From Opitutales bacterium (lineage in GTDB: Bacteria; Verrucomicrobiota; Verrucomicrobiia; Opitutales; UBA2987): a stretch of 64,000 nt of DNA. Position numbers and translations under genes: made by a program. The stretch spans positions 14,572-78,571 of the forward strand of contig CBDDCJ010000012.1 of assembly GCA_965226205.1 (NCBI GenBank). Reading direction: 5' to 3'. Positions within the stretch are counted from its first letter, which is position 1. Every line of letters begins with the position of its first letter. Under the pieces are notes generated by a model. It was not told where the DNA came from. It was given only the letters and a program-made list of their open reading frames with translations, and did not search any database. Positions 50,966 through 60,846 of the stretch are shown piece by piece.

Positions 50966-51143
50966 GATAACGTAGGATATCTTTCGCACATTTTTTGTGG
51001 ATGAAAAGGGAGGTCCAAATTAGAAAGACAAAAGATGGACCAAATATTAATAGAAGAACCTAAAGAAGAGCGGAAGATTATCAGTATCGACGAAGGCTAG
51101 GTGCGGGATCATCTGGACAAGAGAGTGCTGAGCAGCGTGGAAG
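50966..51143 (+). pseudogene. IS256-family left end and transposase N-terminal remnant
   Basis: 51035 onward reads MDQILIEEPKEERKIISIDEG*VRDHLDKRVLSSVE, resembling IS256-type N-termini as I recall them; cut by IS66. Confidence 0.55.
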
Positions 51144-51202
51144 GTAAACGGCCGGTGAACTACCTTGTAGCGGAGGGCGGGTCGATGTGTTAAAATGTTT
51201 GG

Positions 51203-51550
51203 ATGGTTGATAAATCGAAGGGAAAACGGATAGTTCGGCGCAATCGCCGCGAGCGTGTGCGGTTGATCGGCGCTTACCGCCACGGAGATTTGTCGCAGCG
51301 GGCGTTCGCCCAGCGGCATGGGATCAACCTCGGGACTTTTGTCGGCTGGCTACGCAAGGATCGGCAAAATGGCGAGAGCGGGGTCGAGGACATGGCCGTA
51401 GCGACCTTCGCCGAAGTAAAGGTGGCCAGCGGCGGCGAGCCCACCGGTTCGATCGAAGTGTTTTTGAATGACGGGGTGCGTATCCGCCTAAAGGGGTCCG
51501 CGGCGGCAGAACAGGCAGCGGCTCTGGTAAAGGCCCTACGAAAAGCGTAA
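51203..51550 (+). CDS. tnpA: IS66 TnpA (HTH)
   Basis: LSQRAFAQRHGINLGTFVGWLRK and FAEV...IEVFL motifs. Confidence 0.85.
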   Translation: MVDKSKGKRIVRRNRRERVRLIGAYRHGDLSQRAFAQRHGINLGTFVGWLRKDRQNGESGVEDMAVATFAEVKVASGGEPTGSIEVFLNDGVRIRLKGSAAAEQAAALVKALRKA

Positions 51551-51554
51551 TGCT

Positions 51555-51905
51555 ATGCTTAATTTTCCAGCATCGTTGAAGATTTATCTGGCTGTGGGGG
51601 TGACGGACCTGCGCAAGAGTTTTAACGGGCTCTATGCCCTGGCCTCCAATCAACTTAAAGTGGATCCTTTGAGCGGAGCGCTCTTTGTTTTCTGCAATCG
51701 CAAGTGCGACCGGGTGAAGATTCTACACTGGGACGGGAGCGGGTTGTGGGTTTATGCCAAGCGGTTGGAGAAGGGACGGTTCAGTTGGCCGCGGGGCCTC
51801 GCGCTCAAGGATGGCAAGCTGCCTTTGCGAGCGGAGGCCTTGAGCATGCTTTTAAGTGGAATCGACTTGAAGGATGGGGCCATGCGACCGTGGTATCAGC
51901 GTTGA
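51555..51905 (+). CDS. tnpB: IS66 accessory protein TnpB
   Basis: TDLRKSFNGL, LFVFCNR, KILHWDGSG, KRLEKGRFSWP. Confidence 0.93.
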   Translation: MLNFPASLKIYLAVGVTDLRKSFNGLYALASNQLKVDPLSGALFVFCNRKCDRVKILHWDGSGLWVYAKRLEKGRFSWPRGLALKDGKLPLRAEALSMLLSGIDLKDGAMRPWYQR

Positions 51906-51979
51906 GAAAAGCGAAAAAAAGATGATTTAGCGGAAATAATACTTGCTTATCTTATCAGAGTTAGTCTAATCTTCTATGC

Positions 51980-53504
51980 ATGTCTCCCCAAGACATAGCA
52001 TCGCTGCAAAAAGACCACCAACGACTCGAACAGGAGAACCGTTTGTTACGGGCCCGTGTCGATTGGCTGATCAAGCGTTACTTCGGGGGCCGGAAAAGCG
52101 AACAGATCGATCCGAAGCAGTTGGAGCTATTGCTGGCGGGGTTATCGAGCGCCGAAAACGAGCCCATCGCCATTGAGAAGACGACCCCTGAATCGGAACT
52201 AACGGCGGAGTCACCAGAGCGGGAACACCCAAAGCCCCGGCGTCGGCGTCTGCCCGATCACCTGGAAGTGCAGGAGGTCATCATCGAACCCGAAGAGGTC
52301 AAAGCGGAACCGCAAAAATGGCGCTGTATCGGCCAGGAGGTGACGGAGGAACTGGATTTAATACCAGCGAAGTTTATCAAACGCCTTTACATCCGCAAAA
52401 AGTATGTCTCCAAGGAACGTCCCACCGAAGCGCCGGTGATCGGGCCTCTGCCCTCACGGCTGATCGACAAGGGGATTCCCGGAGCGGGGCTTTTGGTGCA
52501 CATTTTATTGAGCAAGTACGCCGACCATTTGCCGCTGTATCGGCAGCAGCGCATCTACCAGGAACGCTACGGGGTGAAACTGGCGCGCCAGAGCATGCTC
52601 GGTTGGATGAACCAGGTGGCCGAATGGCTCAAGCCGATTTATAACTACATGCGAGGGCAACTATTAACAGGCGGTTATCTGCAGGTTGATGAAACGCCCA
52701 TTCGCTATCTCGAACCCGATGTGGGAAAGAAAAACGGCAGCCGCAAAGGATACCTTTGGGTTTACGGCCGGCCCGGCGGAGAGGTGGTCTTCGATTGGCA
52801 TACCGGCCGGGGGCTGGAATACCTGCAAAGCTTCCTTAACGGTTACCAAGGGCTGGTGCAAAGTGACGGTTATGGCGTCTACGAAAGCTTTGCCCGAAAA
52901 AACGCCACCGAAGTGACCCTGATCGGCTGTTGGGCTCACCTGCGGCGCAAGTTCGTCGAAGCGCTCGAAGAGAGCCCGAAACTGGATGGCTGGGTGGTGC
53001 GCCAAATCGCCGCCCTTTACCGCCACGAGCGATATCTGCGGGAGCATCGGGCCGGTCCTGCGTTACGCCAAGCCTATCGCCAAAGCCACAGCGCGATGAC
53101 CGTCCAATTGCTGCGCAAAGCCCTGCCGGTGCTAAAACGGAGGGCCCTGCCACGGAGCAAACTAGGCGAGGCCGTGGGCTACGCTTTAAACCAATGGCCG
53201 AGCCTCTGCCGCTACCTCGAACACGGCCAAGTTGAGATCGACAACAACCTGATCGAGAACGCCATTCGCCCGACCGCCCTGGGCAAGAAAAACTGGCTCT
53301 TCATCGGCCACCCCAAGGCCGGATGGCGAAGCGCGGTAATCTACTCGATCATCGAGAGTTGCCGCAGGCACGGCCACGAACCGTCCGAATACCTCACCGA
53401 CGTGCTCAAACGCCTACCCCGACATGATGATTACCGAAATCGGCCAACTAGCGCCGGCCAACTGGAAGCCCGCTCAAGCCATCAAGGACACCATTCCGTC
53501 CTGA
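51980..53504 (+). CDS. tnpC: IS66 transposase TnpC, apparent +1 frameshift near the C-terminus
   Basis: LQVDETP, GCWAHLRRKF, IDNNLIENAIRP; removing one C from cccc (53417-53420) gives RLPDMMITEIGQLAPANWK...PS* ending inside the IS. Confidence 0.88.
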
Positions 53505-53578
53505 TAGCCAAAACCTCCCGAACCCACCAGCAACCCACCAGCATACCCTGTCAACAAGGCAGTTCACCGACCGTTCAC

Positions 53579-53906
53579 ATTCATCAGCATCATCGTTGCT
53601 TTCAGGCCGTCGTTATACTCGTAGCGATATACCACGGGTTCCGCGACCATTTCGCGCATTTGCTCGGGATTGGGATAGCGGTGGCTGAAGGAGTTTGCCT
53701 GCTAGAGCGTTTGACTACGGCAATGACGGGCGTGGAACAGTTCCGGGGGCCCAGCAGTTCTTTGCGAAATGTGCCTCCACTGGGGGTGATAATGATGGCC
53801 AACCGTTTCGGTTTGACGGGGTTCCACAGGCCGAGAGAGGTGACAGCATCCCCCCACACAGTGTGCTCAAAAAGGTGCGTCTGTTGATTTTGGTTTCTTT
53901 TATCAT
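53579..53906 (-). pseudogene. Truncated copy of a decayed Tat-signal protein gene
   Basis: Same as 60399-60726; cut by IS66. Confidence 0.65.
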
Positions 53907-54026
53907 GGATAATTTGCCTTCCACGTCAACATTATGACACCTCCATCTCAGTTACGCTACAAGGTTGTTTTCCCGGACGCTTTAGCCGAAATTACCAATC
54001 CCTGGCGACTTGGCGGTGCGATGATT

Positions 54027-55631
54027 TCAAACCAGATTATACCGTACCTGAATCTCAACATGATCCAGACGCGGAGTGCCTTCGATGCCCGGATTGAGGT
54101 GTTTGACGTCGACTTTCAACTCGTTTTCGCCATTGTTGAGTATCTCCGGGAGCAAGGGGTAGGTGATCCATGTGAAGTTGTCCATTATGTACTGGGCCTG
54201 GGCGGTGCGCGTTTCGGTCGGCAGGAGTTGGTCGTTGACGAACACATCGAACTCATCGGGTTGAGTGTAGTTGTGCAACTTCAGGCGTATTGTGACTTTG
54301 GGCGACAAGATTTGTTGGCGGGCGCTTTCAATATCCTCTGCAAAGCCGAAAGGGATAATGTGCGAACCGATACTTAGATCAATCGGTAGGACGATCGCGT
54401 CGATGGCACGGTAGAAGCGATGATTTTGGCCACGACGGGCACCTATGTTCGACTCGCGTGGGTGGGAATCGAACTTGTAATCGCAGTCGAGGTACCTCAA
54501 TACTTTCGGATCGTGGATTTCGTGCAGGACGCGGAAGTAGTCCGGGTGCAAGTCGTCTAGCCAGACGGTTCTACGGTGTTCTTGGGTTGGTGGTGGTGTA
54601 TTTTTATCGTGGCCGTAGAGCATGTTACCGTAGTTAAAAAGTTGAAGGCCGTGGGCTCCGCGCTGGTACATGAGCTTAGCCCATGCGCGTGTTACCTCTG
54701 TGCGTTTCCACTGGTTGGAACAGGGGTAAATCCAGCAATCATGCCCATCGACTAATTCTAGCCAAGGCTGCAGATCAAGGGTTAATGTCATGTCGCCGAC
54801 ACCGGGGCAGACGGCGTCGACTAAGCCTTCGTTAACCCATGCGCGCACGTCCAGGCCACGTTGCCAGCAGGTGTTTAAGTCAGGCAACACGCGCACATGC
54901 AGATACATCGGTCGCCCACGCTGCTTGGATATGCGGTCGAGCACCTGGCGGGTCTGGCGGACCATGTCGGTGATCAGCTTGAGATTGTCCTCGTTGCCGA
55001 ACTGTTTGAAGTAGCGGGGTTCACGCTCGAAATCGAGAGCCATGCCGTCGTTATCGAAGCGCGTGATGAACTCCTCAATGATCGCCATCTTGTGGTCACG
55101 GACTTCCTTGTGGGCGAAATCGAACATTCCCCAGTTGATAGCATCTATACTCTCGGGGTGCGAATGTCCGCGAAACCCTGTGCCCCACGGTGGCTGCCAG
55201 TCCGGGCCTGTGTAGCCGAGTAGTAGATGCGGGTTGGCCATTTTGAATTTGCTGGCCTCATACTTGAACATTTGGTCGTGATGATCGTTCATGCGAACGA
55301 TGGGGATGACTTTCAGGCCAAGGCGGTGGCCGTATTCGCACGCGAGCTTTGGCGGGTTGGCGTCGGCGTCGATGAGTTTTTTGGTGTTCTCGCGGTAACG
55401 CCAGACCCAGGCGTCGGACACTATATCGAACTCATCGCAGAGGATCTCGCCGCTTTCCAGGCCGCAGCAGTACGCATCGGAGGAGCAGAGGTTGTAGAGA
55501 AGAGTGTCAACCTTTGTGCCAACCAGCGGGCGGATACTTTCGTCAATCCATATTTTAGGTGTAAGCGGATAGTCGGCGCAGACAATGTCGTTCCACTCCG
55601 CTTCCCAGATGAGTTTAAAGGGTTGTTTCAT
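54027..55631 (-). CDS. Putative glycoside-hydrolase-like TIM-barrel protein, copy A
   Basis: VRMND, FDFAHKEVRDH, DGMALDFER, GAHGLQLFNY motifs typical of GHL10-like barrels; probable start MKQPFK at 55631. Confidence 0.7.
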   Translation of the reverse strand: MKQPFKLIWEAEWNDIVCADYPLTPKIWIDESIRPLVGTKVDTLLYNLCSSDAYCCGLESGEILCDEFDIVSDAWVWRYRENTKKLIDADANPPKLACEYGHRLGLKVIPIVRMNDHHDQMFKYEASKFKMANPHLLLGYTGPDWQPPWGTGFRGHSHPESIDAINWGMFDFAHKEVRDHKMAIIEEFITRFDNDGMALDFEREPRYFKQFGNEDNLKLITDMVRQTRQVLDRISKQRGRPMYLHVRVLPDLNTCWQRGLDVRAWVNEGLVDAVCPGVGDMTLTLDLQPWLELVDGHDCWIYPCSNQWKRTEVTRAWAKLMYQRGAHGLQLFNYGNMLYGHDKNTPPPTQEHRRTVWLDDLHPDYFRVLHEIHDPKVLRYLDCDYKFDSHPRESNIGARRGQNHRFYRAIDAIVLPIDLSIGSHIIPFGFAEDIESARQQILSPKVTIRLKLHNYTQPDEFDVFVNDQLLPTETRTAQAQYIMDNFTWITYPLLPEILNNGENELKVDVKHLNPGIEGTPRLDHVEIQVRYNLV

Positions 55632-55687
55632 AATATATTTTCTTTTATTATCAGGGTTAAAAGATTGAACCAACTTCAGTAGCGCCT

Positions 55688-57160
55688 TCAGTAGCGCCCA
55701 ATTCGCCGCGGCCCCAAGTCAATCGAAAGGGCAAGTGAGTCAAACGCCGCTCGAATCAGGCTTTCGCGGATTGAGAGATGCCGCTCGCTCTCCCAAAGGT
55801 TATGATGCTCCCATGGATCTTCATCAAGATCGTAGAGTTCTCCATAGTCAAGGCCATGGTAGGTATTGCACTTGTATCGGCGACCACGGATCATGGTTCC
55901 ATAGCTGCCATTCAATATACTTTCGGTTATGAAATTATCGACGGTATTGTAGTATTCACACCGTACGAAGTCTCGATGGTGATCAGGGGATTTTTTCCCT
56001 TCGAGAATCGGCAACAGCGAACGGCCTTGCATGCGCTCAGGCAAAGGAACACCCACTAGTTCCAGTATCGTTGGCGCCACATCGATGAGTTCCACCAATG
56101 CATTGCTGCGCAAACCGCTTTGAAAATGCCCCGGCAGGCTCATGATCAAGGGTACGCGCACCAGCCCCTCGTAAAAACGGCAGCCTATTCCCGTCAACCC
56201 GTGGTCACCTATTAACTCACCGTGATCGCTCATGAAAATAACCAGCGTATTCTCGCGCTGCCCTGTTTCTTCGAGCAGCTTCAACAACCGACCCACATTA
56301 TGATCAATCAATTCAATCATGGCGTAGTAGGCCGTCGTATTCTCTTTAGTCTCTATTTCGTCGATCTTTCTAGTCTCTATTTCGTCGATCTTTCGCGCCT
56401 GACGACCGCAAAAATCGATGTCGCTCAAGCGTTTTTCATGGTCGAGGTCGCTCTCCCTGAAATGCGGGTTGGGCATTTCATTGGCTTTGTATTTTTCTTT
56501 ATACTCTTGCGGCGGATCAAAAGGTCCATGTGGATCGAACGGATTGACGCTCATTAACCAGGGCCGATCCTTGTTATCCTGAATGAATTCGATGGCCTGG
56601 TCCGTGCACCAGGTGGTTTGATGTAACTGAGGGGGCACCGTGGGCAGGTAGGCGCCATAATCGGTATCCAAACCAGGGGCCTTTTTTTCAAAAATCGATT
56701 CGAGAGGCATGCCTTGCTCGATCAGCCATTTCATGTAATCGTTTCCCTGCTCTACTCGACTGTGTGGGGCATGACTGTAACGGAAAAAGCTATAGCCATC
56801 GTCCACGCGCTTTTCAGGACCTGTGAAGACGGCGGCCAGATGGAGCTTACCGGACAAGCCGCAAACGTAGCCATTATCCGCCAGCAACTTGGGTAATAGA
56901 GGCGCGGCATCGGAAAACGTCTCGTGCCCATTCATACAGGCGCGGATGCTACTGGGATACCTTCCTGTGAGAAAGCTAGACCGGCTGGGTGTGCAGACTG
57001 GGTTCTGGCAAAAAGTATGCGTAAAGGCAACTCCATCCGAGCACAGTCGATCCAAGTTCGGCGTGTGGATACATGGGTTGTTCAAACAATGAATTGTGTC
57101 AAACCGTTGCATATCTGAGGTAAACCACAGAATATTTTTATACTTTATATTTTTTTCCAT
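55688..57160 (-). CDS. Formylglycine-type sulfatase, copy A
   Basis: CTPSRSSFLTG (CxPxR), GKLH, FMSDHG, ELYDL; 24-bp tandem duplication at 56347-56394. Confidence 0.93.
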   Translation of the reverse strand: MEKNIKYKNILWFTSDMQRFDTIHCLNNPCIHTPNLDRLCSDGVAFTHTFCQNPVCTPSRSSFLTGRYPSSIRACMNGHETFSDAAPLLPKLLADNGYVCGLSGKLHLAAVFTGPEKRVDDGYSFFRYSHAPHSRVEQGNDYMKWLIEQGMPLESIFEKKAPGLDTDYGAYLPTVPPQLHQTTWCTDQAIEFIQDNKDRPWLMSVNPFDPHGPFDPPQEYKEKYKANEMPNPHFRESDLDHEKRLSDIDFCGRQARKIDEIETRKIDEIETKENTTAYYAMIELIDHNVGRLLKLLEETGQRENTLVIFMSDHGELIGDHGLTGIGCRFYEGLVRVPLIMSLPGHFQSGLRSNALVELIDVAPTILELVGVPLPERMQGRSLLPILEGKKSPDHHRDFVRCEYYNTVDNFITESILNGSYGTMIRGRRYKCNTYHGLDYGELYDLDEDPWEHHNLWESERHLSIRESLIRAAFDSLALSIDLGPRRIGRY

Positions 57161-57264
57161 TGTTTATTAAATTAAATAAAGTGATTATGGGGGGCATGTC
57201 TAGTGTCTTCATTTGGTCATGTTTAGGAACAAGCTTGAAGATAAGGTGAAAAATACCTATAATA

Positions 57265-57563
57265 GAGGCTATCGCAAAGTTGTAACCAATTGTTTTACAG
57301 TAAGTTAATTCGTTTATAAAACTGTCATAAAGACCGTTTTTAGGGGATTTTGGGCAAATTCGATGTCTATAACACCGTCAGCCTTTCTCTAGTTTTGCAT
57401 ATTCAAATACAATTTCTACCATAGACCTCTATCTGACGCGATTATATTTATTACGAATAGAGGCCTTATTCAGCGTTTTTAACGGAATTGAATGACTTAC
57501 GTGCCCTTACAGTTCTGGGTCGAATATCTCAATTCGCAAAATTCGGGTTTTTGGGACAGCCTC
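57265..57563 (+). mobile_element. 299-bp MITE, complete, with 7-bp TSD
   Basis: Ends gaggctatcgcaaa / tttgggacagcctc; tataata at 57258-57264 and 57564-57570; no credible ORF. Confidence 0.9.
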
Positions 57564-57595
57564 TATAATAGGGTTTCTAACTTGGAACTTTCACA

Positions 57596-59932
57596 TCACT
57601 CATTCGGTCGTATTGACGGGATGGTATCGCCCAGGCTCCAAAGGCACACGACCAGAAAGGTTTTTCGTGTATTCAGAGGCAGTCTATCGGCGGCACATTT
57701 CAGGAAAGTGTTTACGGCGAGTACGATCGCACTGATCCGAAATGCCGCCTCTTCCCCTAGTGCCATCACGGATCGTTGCCCGATTTTGGCCTCGAGATCG
57801 ACCATTAAACGGCGGACCGCTTCGGTGAACCTCTCGGGATCATCCACCTCGTAGGCGTGAAGGATTTCCGTGAGATCTTTAAGAGACGCAGATTTTGCTT
57901 CCTCGTCGATGGTACGGTTGCGCCGAAATCTGCGAAGCGTCTCCTTGATCAAGGTTTCGATGCCCTCCGCCCGCGAGAGTTCATCCTGAGATATCAACTG
58001 ATAGAATCTACCATCTGCGCCGAGGGCTAAACAGACACTGTTGAGAAGCTGTAGCTGATTTGGGGTTGATCGGAAACGTTGCAGGCATTCGAGCGTGGGC
58101 CGAACCATGCGATGGTCGCGCGTGCGGCCGAGAACGCCCGCGAGGGTAGGAAATGTGACTCGGTCGAAGCCCGATGCGAATTTTTGAAAAAGGAGTTCGT
58201 TGACCTGTTCACTGCCAATTTCTGAAAGGGCTGAAATGGCGCTGATCTGCACTCTTCCGTCGAAATCATCGAGCGCATCGACAAGGGGACCGATAACAGC
58301 CGGATCGCCGATCTTTCCAAGTGCTTCAGCAGCTTCACTTCGGACATCGGATTCCTCGTCCGCCAACTTCCCGGCCAGGGGAAGGATGGCTTCAAGGGTC
58401 CGTGCTTCCCCGAGTCCGTGAGCGGCATTGCGACGCACCTCGGGACTGGCATCGGCCAAGGCTGCAACAAGGCGGTCGAGAGCCATGGGGCTCCTGGATC
58501 GACCCATTCGCCGAAGGGCGCGTGCCCGTGTGCGCACGCTGAATGTCCGATCAAAAGTAAACGAACCGAAGATATAACTGAGGAGATTGCCGCGACCGAT
58601 ATGCGCAAACAAGCGGCCCGGTGTTGTATCCTTGGAGTCTTCAACGTTTCTGAGAAGAATTATCGGCACAGTGAACGCAGCTGCGCTTATGAAAAATACC
58701 ATTTGCAGATTTCCAATGGTATAACCTAACAGGTGCATCTCAAAGTCCGCCAGTATCTTGACCAGTATGCTCCCGAGAATGGGTGACAGGAATAAGGCGA
58801 ATTGGATAGAGGAAGACCAGGTAGCAAAATGAGTGGTCTTGCTTTCGCGATCCGGCAACAGCGAATAAAGGAGCGGGATGATGGAGACAAGAATCCCGGC
58901 CTGGAGGAAGCCGTTTAAAAACATCGCCGCAGCGATCGGTAGGTAATTGCCGGGAGTATTAAAAATCCATAGCAACGGAATAAGCACTGTAGGGGCGACC
59001 GTAATCCGGAGAACCGCCTTTCCTCCATACCTATCCACAAGACCGCCCCATGCTTTGTAACCGATTACCAGTGAAGCCATGAAGATACTGTTCAGCAGGG
59101 CGACTATTCCGTAGTCAATATCGAGCATTTTGAGCAAGAAAATACTGTAAAACGGTCCCGCGATACCCAGTGCGAAATTCCATGACAGAAAGAAGAACAG
59201 GAGATTGCGAAAGCCCTTGTGGCGAAGTGGATCGAATAGATTTCCTACCGACTGGTTCGATGTAGATTGCCGGTAGGGAATACGCATCAGGTTAAAATAC
59301 CCGGTCAGGCCTAGTATCGTGGCAACTGCGAATACGATGAGAAATCCTGAGTATTGCTCGTCATGCGCAAACAGATCCAGATACCAACCGACTGCAAAGG
59401 CGGTCACTATGCCCGGTATCAATTGAGCGGTCGCCTGCCGGCCGGTGAATCGTCCGCGGATATCGTTGGGAACCGTGTTGGCAATCCATTCGTTGTAGAG
59501 CGGAGCCTTCAACTGACCGCAGATCAATCCCACCGCAAGAACAACACCCATAGCAAAGACAAGATTCTCTCCAAACATGAAGAAGGGAATAAGAACGATT
59601 GCGGAACGAAGCAGGATTTCCCCGCTCCCCAGCAAAAGAATAAACACTTTCCTCCGGACAACCCGCGCTGTGAGAGCAGGTGAAGCGATCTGAACCAGGC
59701 CCGTGAGGTGGACTATGGCCACTAACAAAGCGATCTGCGCATCTGACGCCCCCAGCCAGATCACATAGCCCGTGAAGGGCGCAGTTCCGATGCCGACGAT
59801 GCGCGCCCAGGCGCCCCACGCCCCGCTGGTCAAAAGAAAAGTACGCAAAGCCCGGGCAGTCTCGCTCGATGATAAGGGGCGAGTGTCATCAGCGGTTTCG
59901 TCAGTTAAGGTTTGGGCTTCAATCGAAAACAT
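57596..59932 (-). CDS. MFS transporter fused to a C-terminal HEAT-repeat domain
   Basis: About 12 hydrophobic segments with WGGLVDRYGGK motif, then EVRRNAAHGLG / DVRSEAAEALGKIG repeats. Confidence 0.85.
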   Translation of the reverse strand: MFSIEAQTLTDETADDTRPLSSSETARALRTFLLTSGAWGAWARIVGIGTAPFTGYVIWLGASDAQIALLVAIVHLTGLVQIASPALTARVVRRKVFILLLGSGEILLRSAIVLIPFFMFGENLVFAMGVVLAVGLICGQLKAPLYNEWIANTVPNDIRGRFTGRQATAQLIPGIVTAFAVGWYLDLFAHDEQYSGFLIVFAVATILGLTGYFNLMRIPYRQSTSNQSVGNLFDPLRHKGFRNLLFFFLSWNFALGIAGPFYSIFLLKMLDIDYGIVALLNSIFMASLVIGYKAWGGLVDRYGGKAVLRITVAPTVLIPLLWIFNTPGNYLPIAAAMFLNGFLQAGILVSIIPLLYSLLPDRESKTTHFATWSSSIQFALFLSPILGSILVKILADFEMHLLGYTIGNLQMVFFISAAAFTVPIILLRNVEDSKDTTPGRLFAHIGRGNLLSYIFGSFTFDRTFSVRTRARALRRMGRSRSPMALDRLVAALADASPEVRRNAAHGLGEARTLEAILPLAGKLADEESDVRSEAAEALGKIGDPAVIGPLVDALDDFDGRVQISAISALSEIGSEQVNELLFQKFASGFDRVTFPTLAGVLGRTRDHRMVRPTLECLQRFRSTPNQLQLLNSVCLALGADGRFYQLISQDELSRAEGIETLIKETLRRFRRNRTIDEEAKSASLKDLTEILHAYEVDDPERFTEAVRRLMVDLEAKIGQRSVMALGEEAAFRISAIVLAVNTFLKCAADRLPLNTRKTFLVVCLWSLGDTIPSIRPNE

Positions 59933-60083
59933 GTGGACGGTTAGAACTACGGATTTAGAAAGTCAAGTCGATCAGGTTCCCAACTCATTAAATTCTGAAT
60001 ACTGTCTGTCAGGGTTGTCCAACCTGAGTGCTTAAGTTGAGACAGTTCATTGGTCCTCTCAATCCCTGCCGTCTCTGGTCCTT

Positions 60084-60726
60084 TCAACGGGCAAGACAAA
60101 GTTGGTTACATGCGCCAAAATTGTGACTCTTGCGGGCTTGATAGCGTACGCCCAGGTGCGGTGTTTCCAGTCGCTTGCCAATGGTTAGGGATTGGAGACC
60201 GGCTTCCACCAGGCCGCTAGTCAGCAGTGTGCTCTCGACGGGATAGGGTGCCTTGCCGGTGAGGAACATATCTTCAACCTTGGACATTAATGCGGCAGAG
60301 TATACGACGTTGGGACCTGGCGGCAGGTAGAAGAGGGTCGACAGTGGATCGGGCTTTCCTTTCAACTTTGCGGCGAAGGTGAAATCGCTGACAAGACCAT
60401 TCATCAGCATCATCGTTGCTTTCAGGCCGTCGTTATACTCGTAGCGATATACCACGGGTTCCGCGACCATTTCGCGCATTTGCTCGGGATTGGGATAGCG
60501 GTGGCTGAAGGAGTTTGCCTGCTAGAGCGTTTGACTACGGCAATGACGGGCGTGGAACAGTTCCGGGGGCCCAGCAGTTCTTTGCGAAATGTGCCTCCAC
60601 TGGGGGTGATAATGATGGCCAACCGTTTCGGTTTGACGAGGTTCCACAGGCCGAGAGAGGTGACAGCATCCCCCCACACAGTGTGCTCAAAAAGGTGCGT
60701 CTGTTGATTTTGGTTTCTTTTATCAT
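60084..60726 (-). pseudogene. Decayed gene for a Tat-exported conserved hypothetical protein
   Basis: MIKETKINRRTFL...SAC signal, frameshift to PKRLAIIIT, in-frame stop (CRSQTL*QANSFSHRYP), intact-looking C-terminus ...GKAPYPVESTLLTSG...RLETPHL. Confidence 0.65.
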
Positions 60727-60846
60727 GGATAATTTGCCTTCCACGTCAACATTATGACACCTCCATCTCAGTTACGCTACAAGGTTGTTTTCCCGGACGC
60801 TTTAGCCGAAATTACCAATCCCTGGCGACTTGGCGGTGCGATGATT

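Larger units (their letters stand above)
51144..53578 (+). mobile_element. IS66-family element
   Basis: 25-bp IRs gtaaacggccggtgaactaccttgt / acaaggcagttcaccgaccgttcac (3 mismatches); tnpA-B-C layout; no TSD. Confidence 0.92.
53579..57175. repeat. Direct duplication, copy A
   Basis: Near-identical to 60399-64000; starts at the first base after the IS66 right IR. Confidence 0.95.

Noticed and set aside
51980-53887. 635-aa TnpC with a novel C-terminal extension
   Set aside because: The extension results from a single-base frameshift and read-through past the IS end
49038-57570. MITE-MITE recombination as the cause of the large duplication
   Set aside because: The MITE at 57265 has a perfect TSD on both sides, which a recombinant junction copy would not be expected to have; not fully excluded without the next window
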